From contig MU061579.1 in the NCBI GenBank assembly GCA_013265495.1, positions 3,975,749 through 4,031,930 of the forward strand: a DNA stretch of 56,182 bases. The letters run 5' to 3'. The notes beneath the pieces are model-generated. The model ran no database searches and had not been told where the DNA came from. It saw nothing but the letters and a program-made list of their open reading frames with translations. Below are positions 26,595-38,790 of the stretch, piece by piece. The first letter of the stretch is position 1. The number at the start of each line of letters is the position of its first letter. The position numbers were made by a program, and so were the translations under genes. The DNA is from Vicugna vicugna (taxonomy: Eukaryota).

Positions 26595-28179
26595 ACCCTG
26601 TAGGGTTGTTTTGTTTATTTATTTCTTTTTGTCTCACCTAAGTTGAAGAAAACAGAAGCAAAAACAAAAACTGAAGGGCACTGTGAAGTTTACCGTTTAG
26701 AAGCCCTAATCATAGGACTACAGGACTCTTCCTACCCATGCACACAGCTTACACCACATTGGCAGGGCTCTTGTATAAAACAAGGGACTACAACAGGGGA
26801 GACGGAAATAAGACATAAGAGGAAATTTTAGCCGGTAAATACAGCTTCTCTTCAGAAACGATGCAGACATGAAAAGAGGGGACTGAAATGTTTAAAGTGT
26901 TGAATAGAAAAAAAAAAAAAGCCTCATCAACCTAGAATTCTGTATCTAGTAAAATTAACTTTTGAAAGTGAAGGGGAAATGAAAACTTTCAAAGAGAAGC
27001 AAAAATTGAAGAAAATTGTCACGAGTAGATCTGTCTTGTAAGAAATATTAAAATATTCAGAAAGAATGATATAGGTCAGAAACTCAAATCTACATAAAGA
27101 AGAGAAAAAATTAGAGAAGGAGTAAATGAAGGTAAAATAAAATATTTTATTTTTCTTTATTCTTAATTGATCTGCACAGATTGAACTTTCCTAAAAATAA
27201 TAATACCAACAATTATTAGGTGATTGTAGCTTATGGATACGTGAAGTGAATGGTAACAGTGTTATAAAGGTTAGGAAAGAAGAATTGGTATTACTATGTT
27301 AATATGGTGTTTGCATTACCTATGAAGTAATATAGTCTTAATTGAAATAGGACTTGAATTAGTGATAAATGTATACTACAAACTTAGGGCAACCACCAAA
27401 AGAAGTAGTTAAAAATTTGATATGCTAAGAGAAGAGGAAAAAAATAGAATCATATAAAATGCTCAATTAAAACCAAAGCAGAAATAGAGTAGAAGACATT
27501 AATTAATTAAAAGATACTAAAGACAAGGGCAATGAATAGAAAACAGTAACAAATATGGTAGACATTAATCAAACTGTATCCATAACCACTTTAAATAATC
27601 TAAATATACCACTTGAAAGAAACCATCAGAGTGGAAATTTTAAAAAAAGGACCAGTATATGACACTGTAAAAAAAGCAAAACTATGGAGACAGTAAGATC
27701 AGTGGTTGACAAGGGAACTGGGGAGAGGTGGGGATGATTAGATGGAGAAATGATGTCTTGAGAGCAAACTATTCTGTATGATACTATAATGGTGAATATG
27801 TGTTATTATACATTTAATAAGACCCATCTAATGTACAATGCAAAGAGTGTACCCTAATATAAACTATGGACTTTCATTAATAATCATGTATTAATATTGT
27901 CTCATCAATTGTAATGAATTAACACAGCAATGCAAAACGTTAATAATAGGGGAGACTGGGAGAGGAAAAGAAAAAATATATGGGAACTCTGTATTTTCCA
28001 CGTATTTTTCTGTAAAGCCAAAACTGCTTTAAAAAAAAAAAAGGAAAAAGATCATTTTAAAACTTTTTACCTAATTTTTTTTTTTTTTTTTTTCATTTTA
28101 AATTTTTTTGCAATTGAATAGTCTAAGGGATGTAAAACTTTTTTTTTCTCTTTAAATTCCCCACTCTCACTGTCCCTTA

Positions 28180-28460
28180 TCTGAGCGTTTGCTTTCTGAG
28201 ATCTGGGCTTTCTTGAGTCAAGTGATTGCTTACAACATTCTTGTTGGGAGGACAGCTCTGTCCGTTGAGGTGAAGTCGTGTAAACCGCCTCTGGAATACA
28301 GAAAGCGAAATTCAGATCTTTGAACTGAAGAGAGGGAATGCTTTACTGAGAGAAGAGAGCTGTCTTCAAGAGTTAGAAAGTCACCCGTACTTGAAAGAAT
28401 TAGAGCATACTTAAAAATCCACGGCATTTCCACTTTTCTAGACCACCACGCTCATCAGTG
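28180..28460. promoter_or_regulatory. CpG-retaining unique segment; candidate promoter/enhancer
   Basis: About 8 CpG in ~270 bp against a strongly CpG-depleted background. AP-1 TGAGTCA at 28214-28220; MYB-type CAACGG on the minus strand at 28262-28267. Motif evidence only. Confidence 0.3.
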
Positions 28461-29329
28461 TGGAAAGTTGTTGAGAACATATCAATCAAAGACCACAGTT
28501 TGGGGGCATTTTAAAAACAAGCCCAAATAGCCATCCCTGGGTTATTAATCTTTAAGCACTTGATATAATTTGTTATGTTTTACTTTCAATAGTGATATAA
28601 TATTCTTGTGAATCTTTATAGGACTTTCTTTTTCTTTCTTTCTCATATCTCCCTGCATTAAGAAATGGAAAGAGTGATCAGAAATTTAATTATTTTACCT
28701 GATAATACATCCTACATAAAGAGTGCTTGAGTTTTCTTTCAACAACTTTCTCTTCTGCTTCAGACACTTCATATATGTGACTTGCGGTCACATATAAAAC
28801 AATTAATGGCACCCTGGCCTTTGGGCGGTATTGTACTTAGGTATCTAATAAATGTGAACGTCTTCTAAATTGCTGATATTTTTCATACTTTTCTCTTTCT
28901 AAACAGTGAAATATTTAACTTGAAATTTGCCAATGAACAGATCACTCTGAACTGTTGTTTTTCTAAAGAAAAATCACGTTGATTTATGATCAGCTTATGA
29001 TATCTGAGTATAAACGAAAGGTTATTGATGCAGCTCAAACCTTAATCCTTCAGGCAGGTTTTCTGATTAACACCTACCTACTCTGATGTCTCCCCTTTCT
29101 GATCTCCATAGCAATCACCATCTTCCTAATGCCTCAGCATTTGGTTAATTTCTATTTTGTACCTATATTGCTATCAATAATTGTTTTTGAATTTTAAAAT
29201 AATTTTTTGTCCAAATTTTATGTCCTCAAGCAGATTGTTACTATTGAAATGAAAATTCTATATACCTCTTGTGACATGTAAGAATGTTGTTAAAGCCCCT
29301 TGATGTTTAGAAAACCCATTAAATTTAGG

Positions 29330-29530
29330 TCCTGTTTCACTGAACTTCAATTACCAGCTTCTCCATGTTTTAACTGTGTGTTCTTAGGAAAGTAACTTAA
29401 CTGTTCTTTGCCTCAATATCCACATATGTCCAATAACAACATAGATACCAAATTAACCTTTGTCTTGTGAGAACTAAATCAGATGAAATATGCAAAGTGA
29501 TTGACTCATAGTATGCACTCAAAAATTCTT
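29330..29530 (+). mobile_element. MIR SINE
   Basis: 'ctgtgtgttcttaggaaagtaacttaactgttctttgcctca...ttgtgagaactaaat...catagtatgcactcaa'. Confidence 0.75.
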
Positions 29531-31669
29531 GTTTTTCTTTAGCAAAAATTTAGTTTTTTCTATTCTAATAAATGCTGTATTTTAACTGGTGTGTTGAATT
29601 TTAATATTATTGTATTGAACATAGTTGCAAAGGTGAGATTTATATTGTAGAACTTTGTTTATTTGTTTGTTTTGCTCTTTTAAAACAAGGAAATGAAATT
29701 AGGAAGTAATTTTAAAGTTACCTAGTTTAAAAAATTTACTTAAAGCAGAAATTTCTATAACCTTTCGAAAAACCTCAAACTAAAGTCTCTAAGTGACTTC
29801 TTTTACAACTAGGAAACCTTGGCTTTTCAAAACATCCCACCCTGCTCTTTGATGACTCTAATTGTTTGAATGTTCTTTTTCATTTTGAACTAAGAAAGAC
29901 TTTTTCTCCCTTTACCTTCAAATAGTAGCATAGTATTCTGCTTTCTTAAGCCACATAAAATAAGTCCATGTCCAATTGTAAATGATAGCCTTCTGTGAAA
30001 CTGCAAGAGAAATGTATCAAACATCTGTGGATAAAGATACTTAACTAGATAAGAATATCTCTAGTTCTGCTGCCATTGACCCATATCTCTTCAGCTTAAA
30101 TCCTAAATAATTTGAGTCTGTGAAATGAATTACCAAAGGTAAACATATCTCAAATACATTATGAAAAAAATGCTTTCTCACATTAGGTAAATATCTGTAG
30201 CATCACCATATTATTCTAGCTAATAGCACTATCACAAATTAAAATGAGGTTAGCTTGGGCTGACTTATTTTTGGAGTATACAAATTGAATTTTAATAATA
30301 TTTTCCATTCATTGTTATTTCTTAATGGTATTTCAAAGACCTTTGACAACAGTTCTGAGATTACATTGTAAATTTGTTGCAAAATAATACGTGGAGAATT
30401 CCATCTAAACAACTGAAGATGATTACCTTGAGGCATCATTCATCTTAAATATTCTTTTTTTTCCTCTTTTTTTCCACTTCAGTTTATATTACTCAGTTCC
30501 AGTTCAAAGACTGTTTGCCAGGTGAGAGTTGAGTCATTTTCCTGGTGTTTTTGGAGGGAAGATGGAAAAAATTCATTTTGATATAAACACAATTCTAATT
30601 GAGCTAACAGTTCCTTTCCCCTATTAGAGTATAGACATTTGGATGGCTCTGAAAGAGGATCAAAAATGGAAACTTTTATTTGCCAAACCAACAGAAAGAA
30701 AGGATGAATAATATTGATTTACAGGCAAAATTGTAAAATTTTCAAAAATTGTATAGAGCAACAAGAATTAGTTTTAGTATCTTCTGACTTTAGAAGTTTT
30801 GTATATACAGATTGATACTTTTATGTATTTATAATTTATGTTATTGTTTTTCTCTTTAGTTTAACACTGAATTTTAACATCTAGAGTGACAAGGATGTTG
30901 ACTCATACTTAATATATTCAACAGGGTCAACTAGAATGGATACACTTTTAAAAATGTCTTTATTTTGTATTTGTTTTTATATTGAAGTAACATTACTTAA
31001 TATGCACTGGCCAATTGTTAAAACTTTTGCTTATATTGTTTACTAATTTTTTTGTTCCAGATGTATATTTAAAAATTTAATTTTAATATCTGTTTTCTTG
31101 CTCTGCTTCAAACAGGGCACAATTACTGCTTCATAGGTAATATGAGATAGAATTAAAATAATTATAAAATGGATTTCTTTCTCTCTGCTCCATCTCTCAA
31201 TTACCAGTGTCTACTAGACTTCACGTTAAGTCCTATCAATCAGACCCCTGATATCTGATAAAACGTAGATTTTTGCATTGCTGGTGCTCAATAGAAGGTT
31301 ATTACATTGAAATAATATTTAATGTAGTTATTTAGTAGGTACTTCAGCTATTGAAAATTTTGATTGTTTTATTTTATAATGCTCTTTATGAATAAATGGA
31401 AAGTAGGCAACTTTATTCAACTCAGCAATATTTGTTGAATGTTTACTCTGGGACTGCAGTAGGCATTACTTGGGATATTTAACTCAATACATTTGTACCT
31501 TCTTGCCTCGAAGATTTCTGTTCAATATCCAGGAAAATTATGTTGGCCAAAGGTTTCTTGTTGGGTTTTTATAGCTGTTTCATGAAAAAAGAGCACTCAC
31601 TGACTTCTTTAAATGGAACTTCCTTTTTTCCTTTGCCTAAGACCATTTAACTTGCCCCAGACCCTACCG

Positions 31670-31930
31670 ATTCTATAAAGGGCATCTTTCATGTCATTCT
31701 CTCATCCTCTGGTACCCTCCTATTCTCCGGTAACTAGGTTAGTGTCTCTTGTTATATATTTTCATAGCACTCCCTACTCATTGTGATTTCCATAGTTTTG
31801 TTTGTTTGTTTAATGTTTATCTTGCCTATTGGAGTGTATGTTACCAGAAGGCAGGACCCATTTTCATTTACTTCCATATCTCCAGTGACTAGTGAATGTC
31901 TTACTCAATGATAATGGTTAAATAAATAAG
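31670..31930 (+). mobile_element. L2 3' end
   Basis: 'gtttaatgtttatcttgcc...gaaggcaggaccc...atatctccagtgactag'. Confidence 0.7.
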
Positions 31931-31974
31931 GAGGAGGGATTGGTTAAGACTCATAGATAATACTATTTTTGTGA

Positions 31975-32270
31975 ATTCTTTATTTGGAGAAAATTGAAAG
32001 TTAAAGAAAAGCTGTACTGCATCCTTTTACTAGATTCAACATATTATTAATACTCACCATGTTTGCTTTTCTCTCTCCCTCACCCCTCCTTTCCATATCT
32101 CCAATAAACAAGGACACCCTTCTACCAAACCACAATATGATAATTTCCCCAGTGAACTTAACACTGATAATATAGAGTTATCTTTCTAGATCCATATTCA
32201 GATTTACCCCAGTTGTTCCTGTAATCCTTGATCCAATCAGGTATCATAGATATTTTAAGTTCTCAAGCTA
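31975..32270 (-). mobile_element. L1MC4/5-like 3'UTR fragment
   Basis: 'aacaaggacacccttctaccaaaccacaata...acttaacactgata...tccatattcagatttacccc'. Confidence 0.65.
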
Positions 32271-33081
32271 CATTTATTTTAAGTATTATTACTTAGTATA
32301 ATAATTTTACTTGGTTTTTGTTTTTTTGAAACGTAACACTCAGCTTACTTTTACTTTCAAAAAACATGGCTTACTTAAAACTTTTGAACTATTTTAGGTT
32401 TTCTGGTATACAAATTATCAAATGAATGAGTGCCCTGAGGGCAAAATTTACATGTCTTTATTTATCCTGCATGAGTAGGAGTATTTTAAATCTAGGCTCT
32501 TAAAAAGCCATTGCCAATGGTATAGTATGTCAATATTAAAATGTGATTTCAAAAAACAGGACTCTCAATGCTGAACATTTACATAGTTCTGAGGAACAGA
32601 TTAGAAAATTTTTCAGTCTTTAATTTTTCTCCTTGAATTACCTTCTTCATGAATTTATGTTTACCCACAGAGCCCTAAAGAAAATGAAAAAAAAAACCCT
32701 GCCAGAAAAACATATAATATTAAAAATTATTACTTTTTAATGTTTTATTTTCAATACCATGGAGCTTTCTGAGAGAAATCAGTGTTAGAGAAGAGATATA
32801 GCAGGGACTGCAAAGAACTTATGCTTTTTAAACTCAGCACCATCTTTTTAAAAGCTACGAGAATAAACATTGTTGCACTGAAGAAGAGTCTGTAAGAAGT
32901 GTGAATAGATGTTTCAGTCTAGGCCCATTTCACTTTCACTGTGAACAGTTGGGTATTATTGAACAGGCTTTGCCCTTTACTAGTAAATCCTGCAGCTAAT
33001 CTTATTAAGAACCAGTGGAAGCAGAAGTTACATAGAAATCAGAAGTCTCCTCTGCAGTAGAATGTTCAGAGAGGTTCTCTG

Positions 33082-33109
33082 TCTCTCTCTCTCTCTCTTT
33101 TTTTTTTTT
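33082..33109. repeat. (TC)n followed by poly(T)
   Basis: tctctctctctctctctttttttttttt. Confidence 0.9.
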
Positions 33110-34529
33110 AAATGCTTTTTCTGTGTTTGTTTATGGAAGTTATCTTATTGAATTAATTAAATTTTGAACATTTTCCAGTATAATCAGGTGGGTTTCACAC
33201 TGCAGTCCCTCCTTATGAACACATTCAAACACAGACCAATTTGTCTGGATCATTCTTTTAGATAATAGTAAGGCACTTGTTTGAAGAATATAGACTATTT
33301 CTTTAAAATGATTTCTCTTTACCTGTTAAATAAGTCTGATAGAGGAGGAATGACTATGTAGATTCTCAATAAGCTTTAAAGTCCCCTAAAGTATAATATC
33401 TAAAGGATGTGACCATTGTGGTTTTGTCACCAAGTAATTTATGCCAAGTTACTAATGGTTGGAAGATAACAGATCGTAGACTGTTGTTTTGTTTGGGAGC
33501 AAATTATGTGCAGAAACTGAGATTGCCTTTGCCAATAGTTTATTTCACACAAATAGCTTCACTGTGAGATTTATTATAATTTCACAAGCCAGTAGTATAT
33601 AGGGTAATGTCTCTTAAGCCAATAAAAATTAACATACTCACAACAATAGATTAGTCATACTGTTGTTTCAGGCAATGGGAGATGACAGAAATAAAGTTCA
33701 AATTTAGTCTGAGCTGTACCTTTTCTACAAGTTTTGGTTTCTTGGGAGAAATGGCTTTGCCAACTGGGTGATGCCTTTCAGTTGCCAGTGTAGAAGTAAA
33801 AGTTCCTTGTTGCTACAACATGGTGCTGGAGAATGATGGTGCCAGTGTTGGTGACCAGGCTAGGATTCTCCAAGGGTCTTCAGGGATCTGTACGTGGTTT
33901 GTGCCACTGTCTACGAGGAATACCTTGCTCAGGCAGGAATAGTTAGATGTCCCTTCTCTTCCTGAGGCTGGTGCACAGTTTAACACCACTGCCAACCAAG
34001 AGTAGCCTGGTCATGGCAGAAGCACGTACCTTGAAATCTCTGGAGTTCCCCTGACTGAAACTCTCAGATACTCTTCAAAAACTCTCAGTATTATCAGCAT
34101 CTAAATATCCCCTTGCCATAGTTGCTTCTCCACATATTCTTACTGATAAGGTTCCGGGGTTCCCTTAGCAGCTGAACTACAAGTCCTTATTAAGGACAAC
34201 AAATAAGATGATGACATCCTGACACAACTTGCTTCATTTTATATCAAAACAACTGTACCTCTAAAAATAACATTTTGTCTTTATCATAAACAAGTGGAAT
34301 ATAATAACTTTACTTGTTATTAACAAGTGGATTTGAAATAGTGTCAAACCAAAACAACAACTGTATTCTGTTTATGACTCTGACACTGGTCATTCTTGTA
34401 ACTTGGACCCACCCATTAATCACTGACATTTTACAAGCCTTGGTTATATGCTAAGGATAGACTAGGATGACTTGGTAAAATGTAAAGGATTATATTATAT
34501 TGGATTATATCAAATTCTTCTTTTGCTTA

Positions 34530-34870
34530 TGACCTTTCAAAGTTTCTCCTTTGCATTCAGAATAGAATAAAATGATCATAAAACAGCTCCCAGGGCCCTT
34601 TGTGATATGACCCCATTTACATGTCAAAACTTGTCTGGATCTACTACACCCCTCTAGCTGCTGTCACTTCTGTGTTTCAACTTCTGCACTTCTCCAAAGC
34701 TTTTCCTTAAATACTGCATTCTCACTGAGGGCTAGCTATGCAGACATCCTTCTTTAAACTTATAGTTGTTGCCATCTGCTCTGTTTTGCCCCAGAGCGTG
34801 CATTGTATCTGTGATACATAAGCAAGAGTAGAGTAAGACAAAGATGGTGACTGAAGTAGTTAATTAACTT
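34530..34870 (+). mobile_element. L2 fragment
   Basis: 'cctttcaaagtttctcctttgcattcagaatagaa...agggccctttgtgatatgacccc'. Confidence 0.6.
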
Positions 34871-37449
34871 GATGATCATTTCTACTATCTTATTTTTGAA
34901 TACATCACACATAGTGGGAAAAGTTGGAAAATCGGTGATTTGATCATCATCAAAAGGATAACAATTTGAGAAAGAAATATTGATAAAGAGATAGATTGGC
35001 AAGTTGAATATGGTGTAGAAAAATTATATAATTACCAATAAATTCAATTCAATTACTGTTTAACATTGGAATGGTAACTGGATTTATGTATTGTTCTCGC
35101 ATAATGCAGATGCATATCACTAAAAAGGTACTTAGAGTAACTGCAGGAAAACACTTCTCAATAAATTGTACATGATGTCTTAAAACAGGAAGTCTCACTC
35201 AGCATTTGGATAAACTGCTCACCTAACTTAAAATAGTTATTCATATCTGAAAGTTCTAATAATTCCCTTGGTAAACTAGATAATAAGTCTGCCTACAGAT
35301 AAATTATTTAAATGACAGCTATGAAAATAAAATTGGGCTATTAGGAAACATGTTTTGTTGATATTGTAGATTGGTCCTTAGGGGTGGTTAAGAAAAAAGG
35401 ATGAATATAATAGTAGGCATTATCATTAAAATAACTAAAGTTAAAGTTAAAGGTATAGTTTTACCTAATTTAGAAATATAGCTTATTTGTCCCTAAAATG
35501 TGCTATACAGTGTAGTAGAAACTAAAATATGCCTAAAATTATTTAAATTTTGGGAGGTAAAATCTACTTTCTGCTATTACTTTGCAAGGAGGAAGATTAA
35601 CTATGATGAATTTATAATACCATGAGAATTACTGTTCTAAGGGAAAAGGTACAGGATTAAAAAGTTAAACTACACTTAGTGGCAAAATCCAGAAATTCTG
35701 GAAAAATTGAGCAGTCTATATATATCATTAAGGATGAGTGAAAAAATGCTTCTTCATTAATTTCTGAATTTCTACAACATTTGAATAGAAGGTCCATTAA
35801 TACCGATTAGGAGGACCATTTTGGGGACTCTGTGTGTCTGTGCTTGTGTGAATGGGAATTTGGAGGGAGAGAATTCAACAGTGAGGTAGGACTATTGTAA
35901 AAGGTCTACCATTTATATTGCAAGCATACCTCATGTTGAACCTACAAATGGAGTCTAACAATATCATAAATATCTCAAGAAGTATTATAATTTGCTAAAT
36001 GACTAAAGAAGAAAGGACCTCCCAGAATATTTTCAAAATTCAGGTTTCTACTTTGAGTGCTCCCCAGTTTATTAAATATGAAAACTGTCATGGTTCTTCC
36101 CTATTTTGTGAACTTAAAATCAATATATATTCTGAATTATTTAGTTTTAAGTAACAACTTTGGTGTTTTTATTATGCTTACAATAATATATTCATGTACA
36201 CACATTTTCTGTGAAATATTTCTTCTTTGAGTGCCTTGGGTACTTATATTTACCTTTTTTTTTTATCACAGCCTTCTTGTTATAACTTCATATCACCTGC
36301 CAAAAAGTCCTGACCTCAAGCATTGAATCTCAAAGACCACACTCCATCTGGTTCATAACAAAAATTCAGTTAAGGTTTAGTTAAAGCAGACAGTAAGTAC
36401 AAGAAACTATCTACATTTCTCTATATGGAGACAACATATTCATATTTTGCCTTAACAGGCTTCTTTGACTTCCTCAAATTGACCTTCTCAACCTCAGGCA
36501 AACCACTCTCTTCCACGTAAGTCCTCTGAGCACATCTTTGCCTTGGTGTTCAGGTTCAATTGCCCTAAAAAGAGAAAATATTTACCCTACATTAAATCCT
36601 TGTTTCCATCTTCATTTCCTTCCTCAAAATGGAATTCTTTGAAATGATTTATAGTAGGAATACCAGTTGCTTCATGAAAAATTGAATCTCCTAATGAAAA
36701 TTTTAGAATTTTCTTATGGCTCAAAATAGGTCAATTTATATCACATGTAGTTTAACGATAATCTAATCTCTCCAGTTTGAGCTGAGGCGCTCCCAATTTG
36801 AGATTACTATTAGTACCTGAAGGTTCATCCTACAATCTTCTATTTCAATTCACTTCCCTTGAGCAGCTATTCAAATAAAAAATATGTACATCCTGAAGTA
36901 TACACAATTATTTTAGAGCCATAGGAAAAACTAAATACATGGATGTAAGAGAAATCTTCCCTTTTTACCGCATTGCTACACAAAGACACAGAGATGTCGC
37001 CACTACTCAAGTAAAAAGAATTAATAATGTGATCGAACTGTGATGTAACTTCATCTAAATCTCTATTGATTACTTACCATTTCAAATAAGAAAAAAAATG
37101 TTTATTTTTGTGGGAATAATGACCTTATTTGCAATTTCTATAAAAGAAAAAAAAAGGAAAAAAATAATCTGTCCTCAAAACACACTCTTGTAGGATTAGA
37201 GGGAAAAAAGAGGCGTTAGCTGTGATTTTTGTTAAAATTTCAAAAATCTTAAGGCACACTTGTAGATTCTTATGTTCATGATGTTATTACTGAGATTTCT
37301 AAAATATATCTTCTCCAAATATTCTTTATTTTTTATAGGCCATGTTGTTTATTTGGCTCATAATTTATAATTATATCAAGATAATCTCTAATTTCATATA
37401 TGTGTGTGTTTATTAATGAAGAAAAATTTATATCTAAGAATTCAAATTT

Positions 37450-37920
37450 GAATTTCCATCAATAAAAGAGATTAACATTTTATTGTATACTCTACTTTTT
37501 TCTGTAATATATGAATTTGTTTCTGTAAGCATAAGCATATAATCACATTAGACAGCTTATAATTTTGTATTTATTACTTAACAAATGATGAAAAATTTTA
37601 GTAATAGATCATAAACAATTTACTATGTATATTAGGTGCAATTTTGAATATTGTACAGAATTTTATAATTTTGATTTTGTTCATTATTAGTTGCTGTTAT
37701 GAATTACTATAGTACATAAGCCTTTTATAAATTCTCATAATTTCCACTGGTTAAGTTACTTAAAGAGGGTTGACTGGATTAAAAAGTACACAAAGAATTA
37801 AAGTTTCAGCTCCTTTAACACTCTGTACAGTTACAGCTTCATCAGCAGCACATGGCAGTGCCTATTTCCCCATAAGTATTTTACATGGAGAATTATATGG
37901 TTGTATTTGGTTATGTTACC
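37450..37920 (-). mobile_element. Old L1ME-like fragment
   Basis: Degraded antisense ORF2-end motifs ('gctgttatgaa', 'catcagcagcacatggcagtgcctatttcccc'). Confidence 0.5.
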
Positions 37921-38099
37921 ATGATTAGAAAAAAGATAAGCTGTCACATTTCAGCTTAAGTGTGGAATCTTATGCTAATTTTATGTGAAGTTAGGTCAAT
38001 TCAGTGAAGAAACTGATTGAGTAAAGCTGTGTTTCCACCCCTTTCTCAACCTTTTTTTCCTACCATCAGTCCTCTCCTGCCCCTGCACATGTGTGTATG

Positions 38100-38124
38100 C
38101 ACACACACACACACACACACACAC
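38100..38124. repeat. (CA)12 microsatellite
   Basis: Perfect CA run. Confidence 0.95.
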
Positions 38125-38609
38125 TCATATATGAAAGAAGTATGCTGCATTCTACTAGATAATTCACTTGAAAATGGTTGTACTGGAAATGGGTAAACCT
38201 ACGTCTGACAAAATTGGAAAACTTCCTGATAATTTATCTAGGAAGAGTGAGTTATATATTCTTTAGTTTGTTTTCTATTTCTGTTTAAAACATGATTATT
38301 AAAGGTTTCTATTAAGCCTTTTCATACTTGTGCAGTGCTCTATAATTCATCTTATTGTTTATTCTTTACCACATTTGAAGTCTAGCTTTTAACTCTAGCT
38401 TTATACTGAAGTTCCGTCAGTAACACCAAAAACAAAAAATGGCTACACTCAGATTCCTCAGAGATTTAAATATACGTATGTATACCTCGTATCATTAATA
38501 TTATGTTGTATGTAAGTTTTTAGATGATGGTTAAAATCCCCACAGGTCCGAAAGATATCCTTCAATAAGCTTGTGAAAAGGTAACAAAACAATAGAACAA
38601 AAGCAACAC

Positions 38610-38790
38610 TGAATATTAAAACTAGAAGAGAAACTTGAATATCTGCCAGTATTGCCTTTTTTATTTTGAAAAGGAAGGAAAAAGGTACTAAGAAGTTAAT
38701 TATACTGACCTATAAAACCAGGGAGAAACTAGCCCTTACATATATTTCTTCTAACTTGAGTCTAAATACCCTTACTATATACTGCATACA
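38610..38790 (-). mobile_element. MIR-family fragment
   Basis: 'ttattttgaaaaggaaggaaaaaggtactaagaagttaat...tacccttactatatact', a degraded antisense MIR. Confidence 0.4.

Larger units (their letters stand above)
25935..28042 (+). mobile_element. L1MC-type element with 5' end, ORF1 tail, inter-ORF region, ORF2 start and 3'UTR; most of ORF2 missing
   Basis: 5' region ~25935-26830. ORF1 motif 'caacctagaattctgtatctagtaaaatt' at ~26927. ORF2 start 'atggtagacattaatc' at ~27555. Jumps at ~27655 to the L1MC 3'UTR, ending in an A-tail at ~28031-28042. Confidence 0.8.

Noticed and set aside
28076..28125. Poly(T) tract as a separate retro-insertion
   Set aside because: No convincing TSD or element body; treated as low-complexity sequence.
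26549..28306. 46-bp direct repeats as CRISPR repeats, LTRs or a TSD
   Set aside because: Only two copies in mammalian DNA, with no cas genes and no TG..CA ends. The left copy sits inside an L1 that continues on both sides, so the pair does not bracket an insertion.
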